From Promethearchaeia archaeon (lineage in GTDB: Archaea > Asgardarchaeota > Lokiarchaeia > Sigyniarchaeales > SOKP01), in NCBI GenBank assembly GCA_046497275.1, contig JAWOFX010000167.1:1-32000 (forward strand): a stretch of DNA of 32,000 nucleotides, given 5' to 3'. Both the position numbers and the translations under genes were made by a program. The notes below the pieces were generated by a model. It worked only from the letters and a program-made list of their open reading frames with translations, was not told where the DNA came from and made no database searches. This document shows, in pieces, positions 1 through 9,109 of the stretch. How positions within the stretch are numbered: the first letter of the stretch is position 1; every line of letters begins with the position of its first letter.

Positions 1-47
1 AGTTGCTTTAGGATACCATCAAGGGTTTCACCAGTAGATTCTTCCAT
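1..47 (-). CDS. 5' end of a gene running off the window (MEESTGETLDGILKQL...), product unknown
   Basis: ATG at 47-45 preceded by GGAG (GTTGGAGACTTATTTAT-ATG); frame open to base 1. Confidence 0.55.
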   Translation of the reverse strand, partial: MEESTGETLDGILKQ

Positions 48-402
48 ATAAATAAGTCTCCAACAAGTTATTATTTTTTATAATAATATAATAATAGATT
101 CTTATTCTTATTATTTAATTTTTATTATATTTTAAATATTTTTCATTCGAAAATATTGCCAGATTATTAAGACTAGGAAACATCCCTAGAAAATAAAAAT
201 TTCGAAATAACGGAGGGTTTTTTTGTTAATTACTGATAGTTTATAGATAATTAGAACCTTTAAGCAAGCCGTAAAAATAAAATTGGGATAAAAAAGGTGA
301 AAATCTTTTTAAGAAAGGTAATGATCTGAAAATTCAAACCTTAATAAGAAAAGATTATTGTTAAATTCAAAATATTGAGGAGAAACCATTTAGAAACGAG
401 GA

Positions 403-1857
403 TTAACTCGCGATAATTGAGAGGATATTGATTAGTGAATTTACTTTATTCATAATGTTTATTCCGAAAGAAGAGAGATATTTTGTTTGATAATTTACAT
501 TCACATCAATCGGAGGAAATAGCATTTTAGAGGTTCTACTTAGATTAACGTAATCTTTAAAACTATTGGTTTTTAGGTTTATTCCGAAGTGATGGTCATA
601 GTGGTGTATAGGGCATCCAGGAGTTATAATAATCGGTTCGGTCCAAAATGATGTGGTATTATGTGAAGAAAGACTTTTTACAAACAATTTAAATGCATAG
701 AGAAAGTTATTTAATACATCTATCCCTGTTTCTTGAGGATTTCCTATATCCCAAAATAATCTCAAGGGAACTTTATGCTTATTCATTAAGTTAATTAAAC
801 CATCAAGATCAGAATTGGTAAATCTAAATGAATTATCTAATCTTCCATATAATTTATGAAACTTTTTCCTATAGGATTCTGAAAAAGATCTAGCACTAAA
901 CCAAATTATAGATTTTTCTAAATCATAAGTCTTAGCAAAATCACGGGTTGCTTTCTCACTGATAGGTAATCTCCATAATTCTAAATCTGCATGAATATCT
1001 AATTTCTCTTCACGGATTAATTTATTAATCTCCATAAAATATTTTTCGGTAACAGGATAAATTCCATGTCCATAATAAATACCATTTACATCACTTATTT
1101 CAGCAACTTTTTTTATATCTTCAACAACTTTTTCTGGAGATCTAAAAATCGTTTTTTTCCTGCCTATATAACGACTATAGGTTGCATAAGAGCCAGCACA
1201 ATTAACACAATTAAAGGGGCATCCTCTTGCCATTTCGACAGGCCATGCATTATGCATTACATTATATGTATAGGAAATATATTCTTTCCAATGTTCTAAG
1301 AAATGGAAATTAGTGAAATTTAAGTCATCCAAATTTTCTGTTAAATAGGTTATATTATTATCATAAATTTTTCCATTATTCCGATATATTAGATTGGGGA
1401 CTTTATCTAAGGAATTGATATGTTTAGCTAATTGAACTATTGGCACTTCTGCGTCACTTTTAATGATACCATCAATGAAATCATAAGCATTCATAATTTC
1501 TTCAGCAAAATATGTTGCTGTATATCCACCTAAAACAGTAAAAGAGGAGGGACAGAGAATTTTTGCCATTTTTATAACATCCAGAGCTCCAGCACTATGT
1601 AAAGCCCATTGGAGGTCGACTCCTATAATTTTAGGATTAAATCTTTTGAGATATTTAGGTAAGGAGAAGTTAGGATTTAAATGCTTTTCTAATGCATAAT
1701 TAATTATTTTTACATTAAAACCTTCTCTTTCAAGCAAATCCGCCATAGAAAACAATCCCATTGGCATCGTTAAATAGGAGCTCCTTTTTTCCAGGTTATG
1801 AGTTAAAAACTCAAAATTACGAGGTGGATGTATAAAAAGTAAATCAAGTTCTGTCAT
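403..1857 (-). CDS. B12-binding domain radical SAM protein
   Basis: N-terminal cobalamin-binding fold signatures (LFIHPP, PMGLFSMA, IIGVDLQWALHS, VLGGYTAT) and the CxxxCxxC motif ARGCPFNCVNCAG followed by FRSPEKVVEDI. Confidence 0.9.
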   Translation of the reverse strand: MTELDLLFIHPPRNFEFLTHNLEKRSSYLTMPMGLFSMADLLEREGFNVKIINYALEKHLNPNFSLPKYLKRFNPKIIGVDLQWALHSAGALDVIKMAKILCPSSFTVLGGYTATYFAEEIMNAYDFIDGIIKSDAEVPIVQLAKHINSLDKVPNLIYRNNGKIYDNNITYLTENLDDLNFTNFHFLEHWKEYISYTYNVMHNAWPVEMARGCPFNCVNCAGSYATYSRYIGRKKTIFRSPEKVVEDIKKVAEISDVNGIYYGHGIYPVTEKYFMEINKLIREEKLDIHADLELWRLPISEKATRDFAKTYDLEKSIIWFSARSFSESYRKKFHKLYGRLDNSFRFTNSDLDGLINLMNKHKVPLRLFWDIGNPQETGIDVLNNFLYAFKLFVKSLSSHNTTSFWTEPIIITPGCPIHHYDHHFGINLKTNSFKDYVNLSRTSKMLFPPIDVNVNYQTKYLSSFGINIMNKVNSLINILSIIAS

Positions 1858-1993
1858 ATTTTCTTATACCTTATTAAATTACATATATATCTTCTGTACT
1901 ATTTTCTTACGATAGAAATGATAATATTTTGTTTATTTTTATAATTGTTCTATTCTTATATTATTATCTTATAGTGTTTTCTACAAAAATATT

Positions 1994-2003
1994 AAAAAAA
2001 AAA
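1994..2003 (-). terminator. Oligo-T archaeal-type terminator after GT2 copy a; equivalents at 4313-4321 (T9) and 7693-7699 (T7)
   Basis: T-runs on the minus strand about 12-14 nt downstream of each GT2 stop codon. Confidence 0.4.
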
Positions 2004-2016
2004 TTTGAAATAATTA

Positions 2017-3369
2017 TTATTTAGATAAATTTTCGGTTTCAATGATTTGTTTTTCCAGTATGACTGGAGTTTGTTCCCAACTCATATCTTCGGGCAGAGT
2101 GAATTGCCTTATGAAATGATAAAAATGAATCCATCCACTTACTGGCCAATAAAATAATAAACTATAATGTTTATCAGAATATTTTCGTATTGCATTTATG
2201 AAATAACCAACATTGAATATAATCCAAGATAGAGTCCATATTAGTAAATAATATTCACTAATAAAGAAGAACAATACTGATAAGACAATAGGAATGATAA
2301 AGTTGGTATCTGTGTTAGCAAAGATAAACATAGTTAGATTTCTCGGAATAATTATAGCTTTTCCCGTTTTTTCCTCTCCTTCCATTTCCATTAATTCGGG
2401 CGCGTCTAAGGTAAATCCTGCCATCCATCGTGTTCTCTGCATTTTCAAAACTTCCACATTATCTGGAACTGTATCATAAGCCTTTGCTTGCGGAACAAAG
2501 AGAATATCAACACCATCTAAATTCAAGAGTACTTGCAGATAAAGATCTTCTGTTAAAGAATTTTCGTTGAATCCCCCATATTTTTTTAAATATTTCGTTC
2601 TTAAAGCAATATTACGGCCAAATAAAAATGCTGAACATCCCAATCTATTTCTTGTCTCAAATAGGAGTCCTCCTCCACAACATAAACCGTATTCAAGCAT
2701 TATTCCTCTAGTTAAAGCATTATCTTTCCAATTTTTTACGGATAATGATCCAATAACTGCATTATATTGTTGAAATTGGAATGGATTAACTAAATGGGTA
2801 AGACATTCAGGCGTCAAAATGTTGCCACAATCATAGAATATAACAATATCATGTTTGATATGTTCTATCCCCAAATTAAGCTTAGAAGGTTTGCCTGGAT
2901 TTGGAGGTATTTCTGATATCGTCTTTATATCCATCATACTCCCATATTTTTCTGCAAATTGGTGACTAAATTCCGTCGTACCATCAGTTGATTCACCTGT
3001 GAGTAATATTAGTTGAATATGCTCTTTTGGATAAGTTGTCTTCAAAAGAGAATCTAATGTTTGCTCTAATAGCACCTTTTCGTTTTTCGAAGGGATCATT
3101 ATAGTTATGTCTGGATAATATTCTTCTTTCATTCTGTAACCTTTTCCAAAGGAAGCGAGAAAAAAGATTCCGTAACCCATTATAAGTGCTAATAAGAGCA
3201 TTAACCCAATGCACGGAAAAATAAATAACCAATTTCCAAGGGGGTTAGCAAAAAATGCATCTATCGCGATTTTTACCCCTGAATTCCATTGAGTCGGCCA
3301 GAATATATGTAGCAATACAAAGTAGGCAATAACTACGATTGCATATGGTAAAACTCTACTTATTTTCAT
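2017..3369 (-). CDS. GT2 glycosyltransferase, processive/cellulose-synthase-like superfamily (copy a)
   Basis: N-terminal TM segments, ITIMIPSKNE, PGKPSKLN, YDCG, LTED, QRTRW (QxxRW), C-terminal TM helices. Confidence 0.9.
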   Translation of the reverse strand: MKISRVLPYAIVVIAYFVLLHIFWPTQWNSGVKIAIDAFFANPLGNWLFIFPCIGLMLLLALIMGYGIFFLASFGKGYRMKEEYYPDITIMIPSKNEKVLLEQTLDSLLKTTYPKEHIQLILLTGESTDGTTEFSHQFAEKYGSMMDIKTISEIPPNPGKPSKLNLGIEHIKHDIVIFYDCGNILTPECLTHLVNPFQFQQYNAVIGSLSVKNWKDNALTRGIMLEYGLCCGGGLLFETRNRLGCSAFLFGRNIALRTKYLKKYGGFNENSLTEDLYLQVLLNLDGVDILFVPQAKAYDTVPDNVEVLKMQRTRWMAGFTLDAPELMEMEGEEKTGKAIIIPRNLTMFIFANTDTNFIIPIVLSVLFFFISEYYLLIWTLSWIIFNVGYFINAIRKYSDKHYSLLFYWPVSGWIHFYHFIRQFTLPEDMSWEQTPVILEKQIIETENLSK

Positions 3370-3380
3370 ATATCAACACT
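3370..3380 (-). promoter_or_regulatory. Conserved GT2 leader/RBS (AGTGTTRAWAT-ATG); equivalents at 5692-5702 (GGAGTG core) and 9064-9074
   Basis: AGTGTTGATAT, AGTGTTAATAT and AGTGTTAAAAT immediately precede the three GT2 ATGs. Confidence 0.55.
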
Positions 3381-3419
3381 TCTTTTTTTCATTTTTAATT
3401 TTTTAATTTTTTATTTTTT

Positions 3420-4271
3420 TTAATTAAATAAATCACTTCTCAGTGATCTCGTATATTTTTTTATTTCTTGATTTGAATTGATTGTTTCAATTCTTTTTCC
3501 AATGATCATAAAAAAATCATTTCTGACAAGAAAAAGAATTTCACACATATCGATAACAAATTTCTTTAAATCATAGAATGGTTCATTCTGATGAAGAATT
3601 ATTGTGTGAACATGATTTTTATTATATTTGAAAGCAAAAGGAAAAAGCTTTTTAATATTAGGGATATAAAAAAGAGATAAGTGAAATAAAATCTGGTTTT
3701 TGTCAGTTTGATAAACAAATCGTGGTGTAATTGAAGATTTTTGTCTAATAAATTTTACATTTTTCCAAAAATTAAATTTTTTAAATCTTTTATAATAGAG
3801 GGGGAAAAATGAATCATTTTTAAATATCAATACTGGATTATAAAATTGTCTTTCTAAAAATTCTGATTCAAACTCTTCTTCTTTATTAGAACTTGAGTTA
3901 TAAGTCTGATAATAATAAAAGAAATTAATATCTAATAACGAAAAATTTAATTCTTCTGGATATCTCATCCTTGTATAGAAACGAAAGAGAATTCCGTTGA
4001 TATTAAATAGAAAACCATAAAAAAAAATAATATCTAATAGATTTCCTATGCTAAATTGTAAGGTGGGACCTATCCTTGAAGTAAATTCAAAAATCTTAAA
4101 CTTAGAAAACCAAGGAAATAGTATAGATCCTCCAGAAACCATATAATCGCAAAATAAATATTTCAAATTTGGTATTTGGCTTAAATAGTTCAACAATAAA
4201 ACTAAAGGGATATAAGATAGAAGGCATATCATCAAAATAATAATTTTAGACGTTAAAGTTTTCTTTGACAC
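3420..4271 (-). CDS. Uncharacterised membrane protein X (copy 1, shorter), GTG start
   Basis: Paralogous to 6647-7651 and 9110-10099; shared motifs YLFCDYMxSGGSILFPW, GNLLDII, CEILFLxRNDFFMI; synonymous differences between copies (e.g. GTC vs GTT Val) support this frame. Confidence 0.75.
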   Translation of the reverse strand: MSKKTLTSKIIILMICLLSYIPLVLLLNYLSQIPNLKYLFCDYMVSGGSILFPWFSKFKIFEFTSRIGPTLQFSIGNLLDIIFFYGFLFNINGILFRFYTRMRYPEELNFSLLDINFFYYYQTYNSSSNKEEEFESEFLERQFYNPVLIFKNDSFFPLYYKRFKKFNFWKNVKFIRQKSSITPRFVYQTDKNQILFHLSLFYIPNIKKLFPFAFKYNKNHVHTIILHQNEPFYDLKKFVIDMCEILFLVRNDFFMIIGKRIETINSNQEIKKYTRSLRSDLFN

Positions 4272-4332
4272 GGTTAAGTTCTTTTGTTTATTATTTGTCT
4301 AATCATATAATTAAAAAAAAATTAAGAAAATT

Positions 4333-5691
4333 TTATTTAGATTTAGATAAATTCTCGGTTTCAATGGTTTGTTTCTCCAATATGACTGGTGTTTGTTCCC
4401 AACTTAGGTCCTCGGGTAAGGTAAATTGCCGTATGAACATATAAAAATGAAAAAATCCGCCTATAGGCCAATAAAGCAATAAACTAAAATGTTTATCACA
4501 ATATTTCCATATTGCGTTTAGGAAATATCCAAATTGGAAAAGAACACAAGATAAACTCCAAAATAACAGATAATATTCACCAACCAATGAAAATAATATT
4601 GCAAATACTACAGGAATACCCATCCAAGAATCTACATTACCAAAGATAAACATAGTTAGATTACGTGGAATAATTATCTGTTTTCCGGTTTTTTCTTTTC
4701 CTTCCATTTCCATTAATTCAGGGGCATCTAACGTAAATCCTGCCATCCACCGAGTTCGTTGCATTTTCAAAACTTCCACATTATCTGGAACTGTATCATA
4801 AGTCTTTGCTTGCGGAACAAAGAGAATATCAACACCATCTAAATTCAAGAGTACATGAAGATACAAATCTTCTGTTAAAGAGTTCTCGTTGAATCCCCCA
4901 TATTTTTTTAAATATTTCGTTCTTAATGCAACATTTCGGCCAAAAAAAAATGCTGAACATCCCAATCTATTTCTTGTTTCCAATAGGAGTCCACCCCCAT
5001 CAGTTAAGCCATAGGAAACCATAACACCTTTAGTTAAAGCATTATCTTTCCAATTTTTTACGGATAAAGGTCCAATAACTGCATTATATTGTTCAAATTG
5101 GAATGGATTAACTAAATGGGTAAGACATTCAGGCGTCAAAATGTTGCCACAATCATAAAATACAACAATATCATGCTTGATATGTTTTATCCCCAGATTA
5201 AGCTTAGCCGGTTTCCCTGGATTTGGAGGTACTTCTGAATCAGTTGTAATATCCATCATATTTCCATATTTTTGGGCAAATTGTTCACTAAATTCCGTTG
5301 TACCATCGGTTGACTCTCCCGTAAGCAATATTAGTTGAATATGCTCTTTTGGATAAGTGGTTTCTAAAAGAGAATCCAAGGTCTGCTCCAATAATATTTT
5401 TTCATTTTTCGAAGGGATCACTATAGTTATGTCTGGATAATATTCTCCTTTCGTTCTATAGCCTTTTCCAAAGGAAGCAAGGAAAAAGATACCGTAAACT
5501 ATATTTAGCACTAATAATAGCATTAATCCGATGAATGGAAAGATAAATAACCAATTTCCAAGTGGGTTAGCAAAGAAATTATCTATAGCAATTTTTACTC
5601 CTGAATTCCATTGAGATGGCCAGAAGATATGTAGCAACACAAAGTAGGCAATAACTACGACTGCATATGGTAAAACTCTACTTATTTTCAT
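4333..5691 (-). CDS. GT2 glycosyltransferase (copy b)
   Basis: Same motifs as copy a: IPSKNE, PGKPAKLN, YDCG, LTED, QRTRW. Confidence 0.9.
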   Translation of the reverse strand: MKISRVLPYAVVVIAYFVLLHIFWPSQWNSGVKIAIDNFFANPLGNWLFIFPFIGLMLLLVLNIVYGIFFLASFGKGYRTKGEYYPDITIVIPSKNEKILLEQTLDSLLETTYPKEHIQLILLTGESTDGTTEFSEQFAQKYGNMMDITTDSEVPPNPGKPAKLNLGIKHIKHDIVVFYDCGNILTPECLTHLVNPFQFEQYNAVIGPLSVKNWKDNALTKGVMVSYGLTDGGGLLLETRNRLGCSAFFFGRNVALRTKYLKKYGGFNENSLTEDLYLHVLLNLDGVDILFVPQAKTYDTVPDNVEVLKMQRTRWMAGFTLDAPELMEMEGKEKTGKQIIIPRNLTMFIFGNVDSWMGIPVVFAILFSLVGEYYLLFWSLSCVLFQFGYFLNAIWKYCDKHFSLLLYWPIGGFFHFYMFIRQFTLPEDLSWEQTPVILEKQTIETENLSKSK

Positions 5692-5739
5692 ATATTAACA
5701 CTCCTTTTTTTTATTTTCGATATTATTTTTCGATTCATT

Positions 5740-6666
5740 TCAATTTTCAATTTTTTTAAGATTTTTATAGCTATAATTTCCTAACTGTATACAGCATACA
5801 ACCATAATAACGAATAGAGTAAATTGAGAAATCAAAATACACCATGTTATCACTGCGGGATGAGATACGCTCCATGCCACATTTAAAGCAGGATTAATCA
5901 GATTGGTTAAGAAAACTGAGATACTAGAAATTCCGTAAATCATGAAGAAAGTAGATAGAATTATTACTCGCATCGGTCTTTCTCCTATATATGGGTTAAT
6001 TTGATGTAATCCTAAACCTTCATGCCTTGCTCTCATATATTCATATAGTTGAATCAATAATATGTTTGTCCAGACTATCCATGAAAAATCTAATCCAACA
6101 TTTTGAAGAATTAAAATATTTCCTGGAATCAATCCTACTAACATTAATATATCACTAATTCTATCGATTACATTATCAAACCACGCCCCGCTTTTAGATT
6201 TTTTATTGGATAATCTCGCAATTGCACCATCTATTCCATCAATAATTCCAGCTCCTAAAACTAGAAGGGAAGTAATGATAAATAGTGAGCCAAAAACTGG
6301 CTGTTCAGTAAATAAATTAAGTGAGTGGCCTTTACCTCCCATAACCGAAGTATAAAAGATAAAAAAAGATAATATTAAATTTATCAATGATACTTTATTA
6401 GGACTTACCCTTAATTTCAAAAAGAATTTTGCTCCTTTATAAGTTATGGGCATATACAACTTTCCTGTAGGTTCACTTTTTATTCTTTTAAATTGCTTAT
6501 CCATTTTATGTCCTTGTCCATGACCCAATAGCCAATCTCTTATAAATTCATCTAAGTTCATCAATTCAGGTTCTTTGTATTCATTTTTAATTCCACTGAT
6601 TAGAATTATCAATAGTAATACCAATAATATAATTGGAAAATATAGCTCAAAGATTATTTCTGTCAA
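5740..6666 (-). CDS. CDP-alcohol phosphatidyltransferase family protein, TTG start
   Basis: Family signature DxxDGxxAR...GxxxDxxxD present as DGIDGAIARLSNKKSKSGAWFDNVIDRISD; SPNKVS; multiple TM segments. Confidence 0.92.
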   Translation of the reverse strand: MTEIIFELYFPIILLVLLLIILISGIKNEYKEPELMNLDEFIRDWLLGHGQGHKMDKQFKRIKSEPTGKLYMPITYKGAKFFLKLRVSPNKVSLINLILSFFIFYTSVMGGKGHSLNLFTEQPVFGSLFIITSLLVLGAGIIDGIDGAIARLSNKKSKSGAWFDNVIDRISDILMLVGLIPGNILILQNVGLDFSWIVWTNILLIQLYEYMRARHEGLGLHQINPYIGERPMRVIILSTFFMIYGISSISVFLTNLINPALNVAWSVSHPAVITWCILISQFTLFVIMVVCCIQLGNYSYKNLKKIEN

Positions 6667-7651
6667 ATATATACCTCATTTTATATTTTTTATTTAAATT
6701 AATTGTTTGAATTCTCTTTCTGCTGATCATAAAAAAATCATTTCTAACAAGAAAAAGAATTTCACACAAATAGACGAAAAATTTTTCTAAATCAGATAAT
6801 AAATCATTCTGATCATTAATTATTGTGTGAGCTTGATTTTTGTAATATTTTTTACTTAATTGAGAAAAGAATTTAATATTAGGGATAAAAATAATATGAG
6901 AATGAGAAAAATTGATTATAAAATTCATTATGACAAGTATGTCTCTATTATTTTGATTAGTAATTAAATAGGGTTTGTTATTAAAGAAGTAAGACCTAAA
7001 TTTTAACCAAAGTAGGACAATTGAGTAAAGAATGATAAAATCAGAAAAAAATAATAAAGATAAATTCGAAAAAATATGTTTTTTATAAGATTCATGAGGA
7101 GGATGTAATTTAATCCAGGATCTTGTTCTTATGAATTTTAGGTTTTTCCAAAAATAAATATTTTTAAAATGTCTATACAGTTCTGAAAATAAAAATTTAT
7201 TTTTAAATATGAGTAATGGTTCATAATCTTGGTGATTTAAAAATTCCTGTTTGAAATCTTCTTTATTAGACTTTGTATGGTTGATCTGATAATAATAGAA
7301 AAAATTAATACCTGAGAATAAAGAATTTGATTCATCTGAATATTTGATCCTTGTATAAAAACGAAAGAAAATTCCATTGATATTAAATAGAGCAACATAA
7401 AAAACAATAATATCTAACAAATTTCCTAAGCTAAAGTTTATATTTGGTCCTATTTTTGATGTAAATTCAAAAATTTCAAACGATGAAAGCCAAGGAAAGA
7501 GTATTGACCCTCCAGAAATCATATAATCGCAAAATAAATATTTTAAAGAGGGTAATTGACTTAAATAGTTTATTAATAAGACAATAGGGAAATATGAGAG
7601 AAGAGATATCATCAAAATAACAATTACATGCTTAAATGCTTTTTCTAACAT
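6647..7651 (-). CDS. Uncharacterised membrane protein X (copy 2)
   Basis: 334-aa ORF with conserved X motifs; stop overlaps the start of the CDP-alcohol transferase by 20 nt. Confidence 0.75.
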   Translation of the reverse strand: MLEKAFKHVIVILMISLLSYFPIVLLINYLSQLPSLKYLFCDYMISGGSILFPWLSSFEIFEFTSKIGPNINFSLGNLLDIIVFYVALFNINGIFFRFYTRIKYSDESNSLFSGINFFYYYQINHTKSNKEDFKQEFLNHQDYEPLLIFKNKFLFSELYRHFKNIYFWKNLKFIRTRSWIKLHPPHESYKKHIFSNLSLLFFSDFIILYSIVLLWLKFRSYFFNNKPYLITNQNNRDILVIMNFIINFSHSHIIFIPNIKFFSQLSKKYYKNQAHTIINDQNDLLSDLEKFFVYLCEILFLVRNDFFMISRKRIQTINLNKKYKMRYIFDRNNL

Positions 7652-7710
7652 TTGTATTCCCTTTTGATTATTATATTTTTTATAATTAAATTAAAAAAAT
7701 TGAAATAAGA

Positions 7711-9063
7711 TTATTTAGATATATTTTCGGTTTCTGAGACTTGTTTTTCCAACAATATTGGAGTTTGCTCCCAACTCATCTCTTCTGGCAAAGTAAACTG
7801 GCGTACAAAATGATAAAGAAGTATGTAGCCGCTAATTGGGAAATATAGCAATAGGCTATAGTGTTTATCCCCATATTTTCGTACTGCGTTGAGTAAATAG
7901 CCAAATTGGAATAATACACAAGATAAACTCCAACTTAGTAAATAATATTCTCCGAATATCGCAAATAATATTGAAAATATAATTGGAATTGGCGACCAGG
8001 TATCAACATTCCCATATGTAAACATTGTCAGATTTCTTGGAATAATTACTGCTTTTCCATTTTTTACCTTTCCTTCCATTTCCATTAGTTCTGGGGCATC
8101 TAATGTAAATCCAGCCATCCAACGGTCTCGTTGCATTTTCAAGATTTTCCAATTATCCGGAACGGTATCATAAACTTTTGCTTGAGGAACAAAATGAATA
8201 TCAATTCCATCCATATTTAATAATACTTGAAGATACAGATCTTCTGTTAAGGAATCCTCTTTAAATCCCCCAAATTTCTTTAGATATTTTGTTCTCAATG
8301 CAACATTACGGCCAAATAGAAATGTTGAAGAGCCTAAACGATTTCTCGTTTCAAATAAGAGCCCTCCACCACAAACATGGGAATATTCAAGAGCTATCCC
8401 TTTAGTTATATAATTATCTTTCCAATTTTTCACTAATACGGGACCTATAACTGCATTATATTTTTCATATTGGAACGGATTGATTAAATGTGTGAGAGTA
8501 TCGGGCTTCAGAATGTCGCCACAATCATAGAATACAACAATATCATGCTTGATATGTTTTATCCCCAGATTAAGCTTAGCTGGTTTCCCCGGATTTGGAG
8601 GTACTTCTGAATCAGTTGTAATATCCATCATATTTCCATATTCTTGGGCAAAATTTTCACTAAATTCCGTCGTACCATCCGTAGATTCTCCTGTAAGTAA
8701 TATTAATTGGATATGCTCTTTTGGATACGTCGTTTCTAAAAGAGAATCTAAAGTCTGCTCTAATAATACTTTTTCATTCTTCGAAGGTATCACTATACTT
8801 ATGTCTGGATAATATTCTTCTTTCATTCTATACCCTTTTCCAAACGAAGCAAGGAAAAAGATACCGTAAGCTATGTTTAGCACTAATAATAGCATTAATC
8901 CAATGAAAGGAAAAATGAATAACCAATTTCCAAGAGGGTTAGCAAAAAATGCATCTATCGCGATTTTTACTCCTGAATTCCATTGGGTCGGCCAGAATAT
9001 ATGTAGCAATACAAAGTAGGCAATAACTACGACTGCATATGGTAAAACTCTACTTATTTTCAT
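7711..9063 (-). CDS. GT2 glycosyltransferase (copy c)
   Basis: IPSKNE, PGKPAKLN, YDCGD, LTED, QRDRW; TM segments at both ends. Confidence 0.9.
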   Translation of the reverse strand: MKISRVLPYAVVVIAYFVLLHIFWPTQWNSGVKIAIDAFFANPLGNWLFIFPFIGLMLLLVLNIAYGIFFLASFGKGYRMKEEYYPDISIVIPSKNEKVLLEQTLDSLLETTYPKEHIQLILLTGESTDGTTEFSENFAQEYGNMMDITTDSEVPPNPGKPAKLNLGIKHIKHDIVVFYDCGDILKPDTLTHLINPFQYEKYNAVIGPVLVKNWKDNYITKGIALEYSHVCGGGLLFETRNRLGSSTFLFGRNVALRTKYLKKFGGFKEDSLTEDLYLQVLLNMDGIDIHFVPQAKVYDTVPDNWKILKMQRDRWMAGFTLDAPELMEMEGKVKNGKAVIIPRNLTMFTYGNVDTWSPIPIIFSILFAIFGEYYLLSWSLSCVLFQFGYLLNAVRKYGDKHYSLLLYFPISGYILLYHFVRQFTLPEEMSWEQTPILLEKQVSETENISK

Positions 9064-9109
9064 ATTTTAACACTTTTTATTTTTTATTTATAATTTTTTA
9101 ATTTTCAAT

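Noticed and set aside
4942-4950. A9 tract in GT2b and A11 tract near 19183 as phase-variation sites
   Set aside because: Frames are intact and long A/T runs are frequent throughout this AT-rich window
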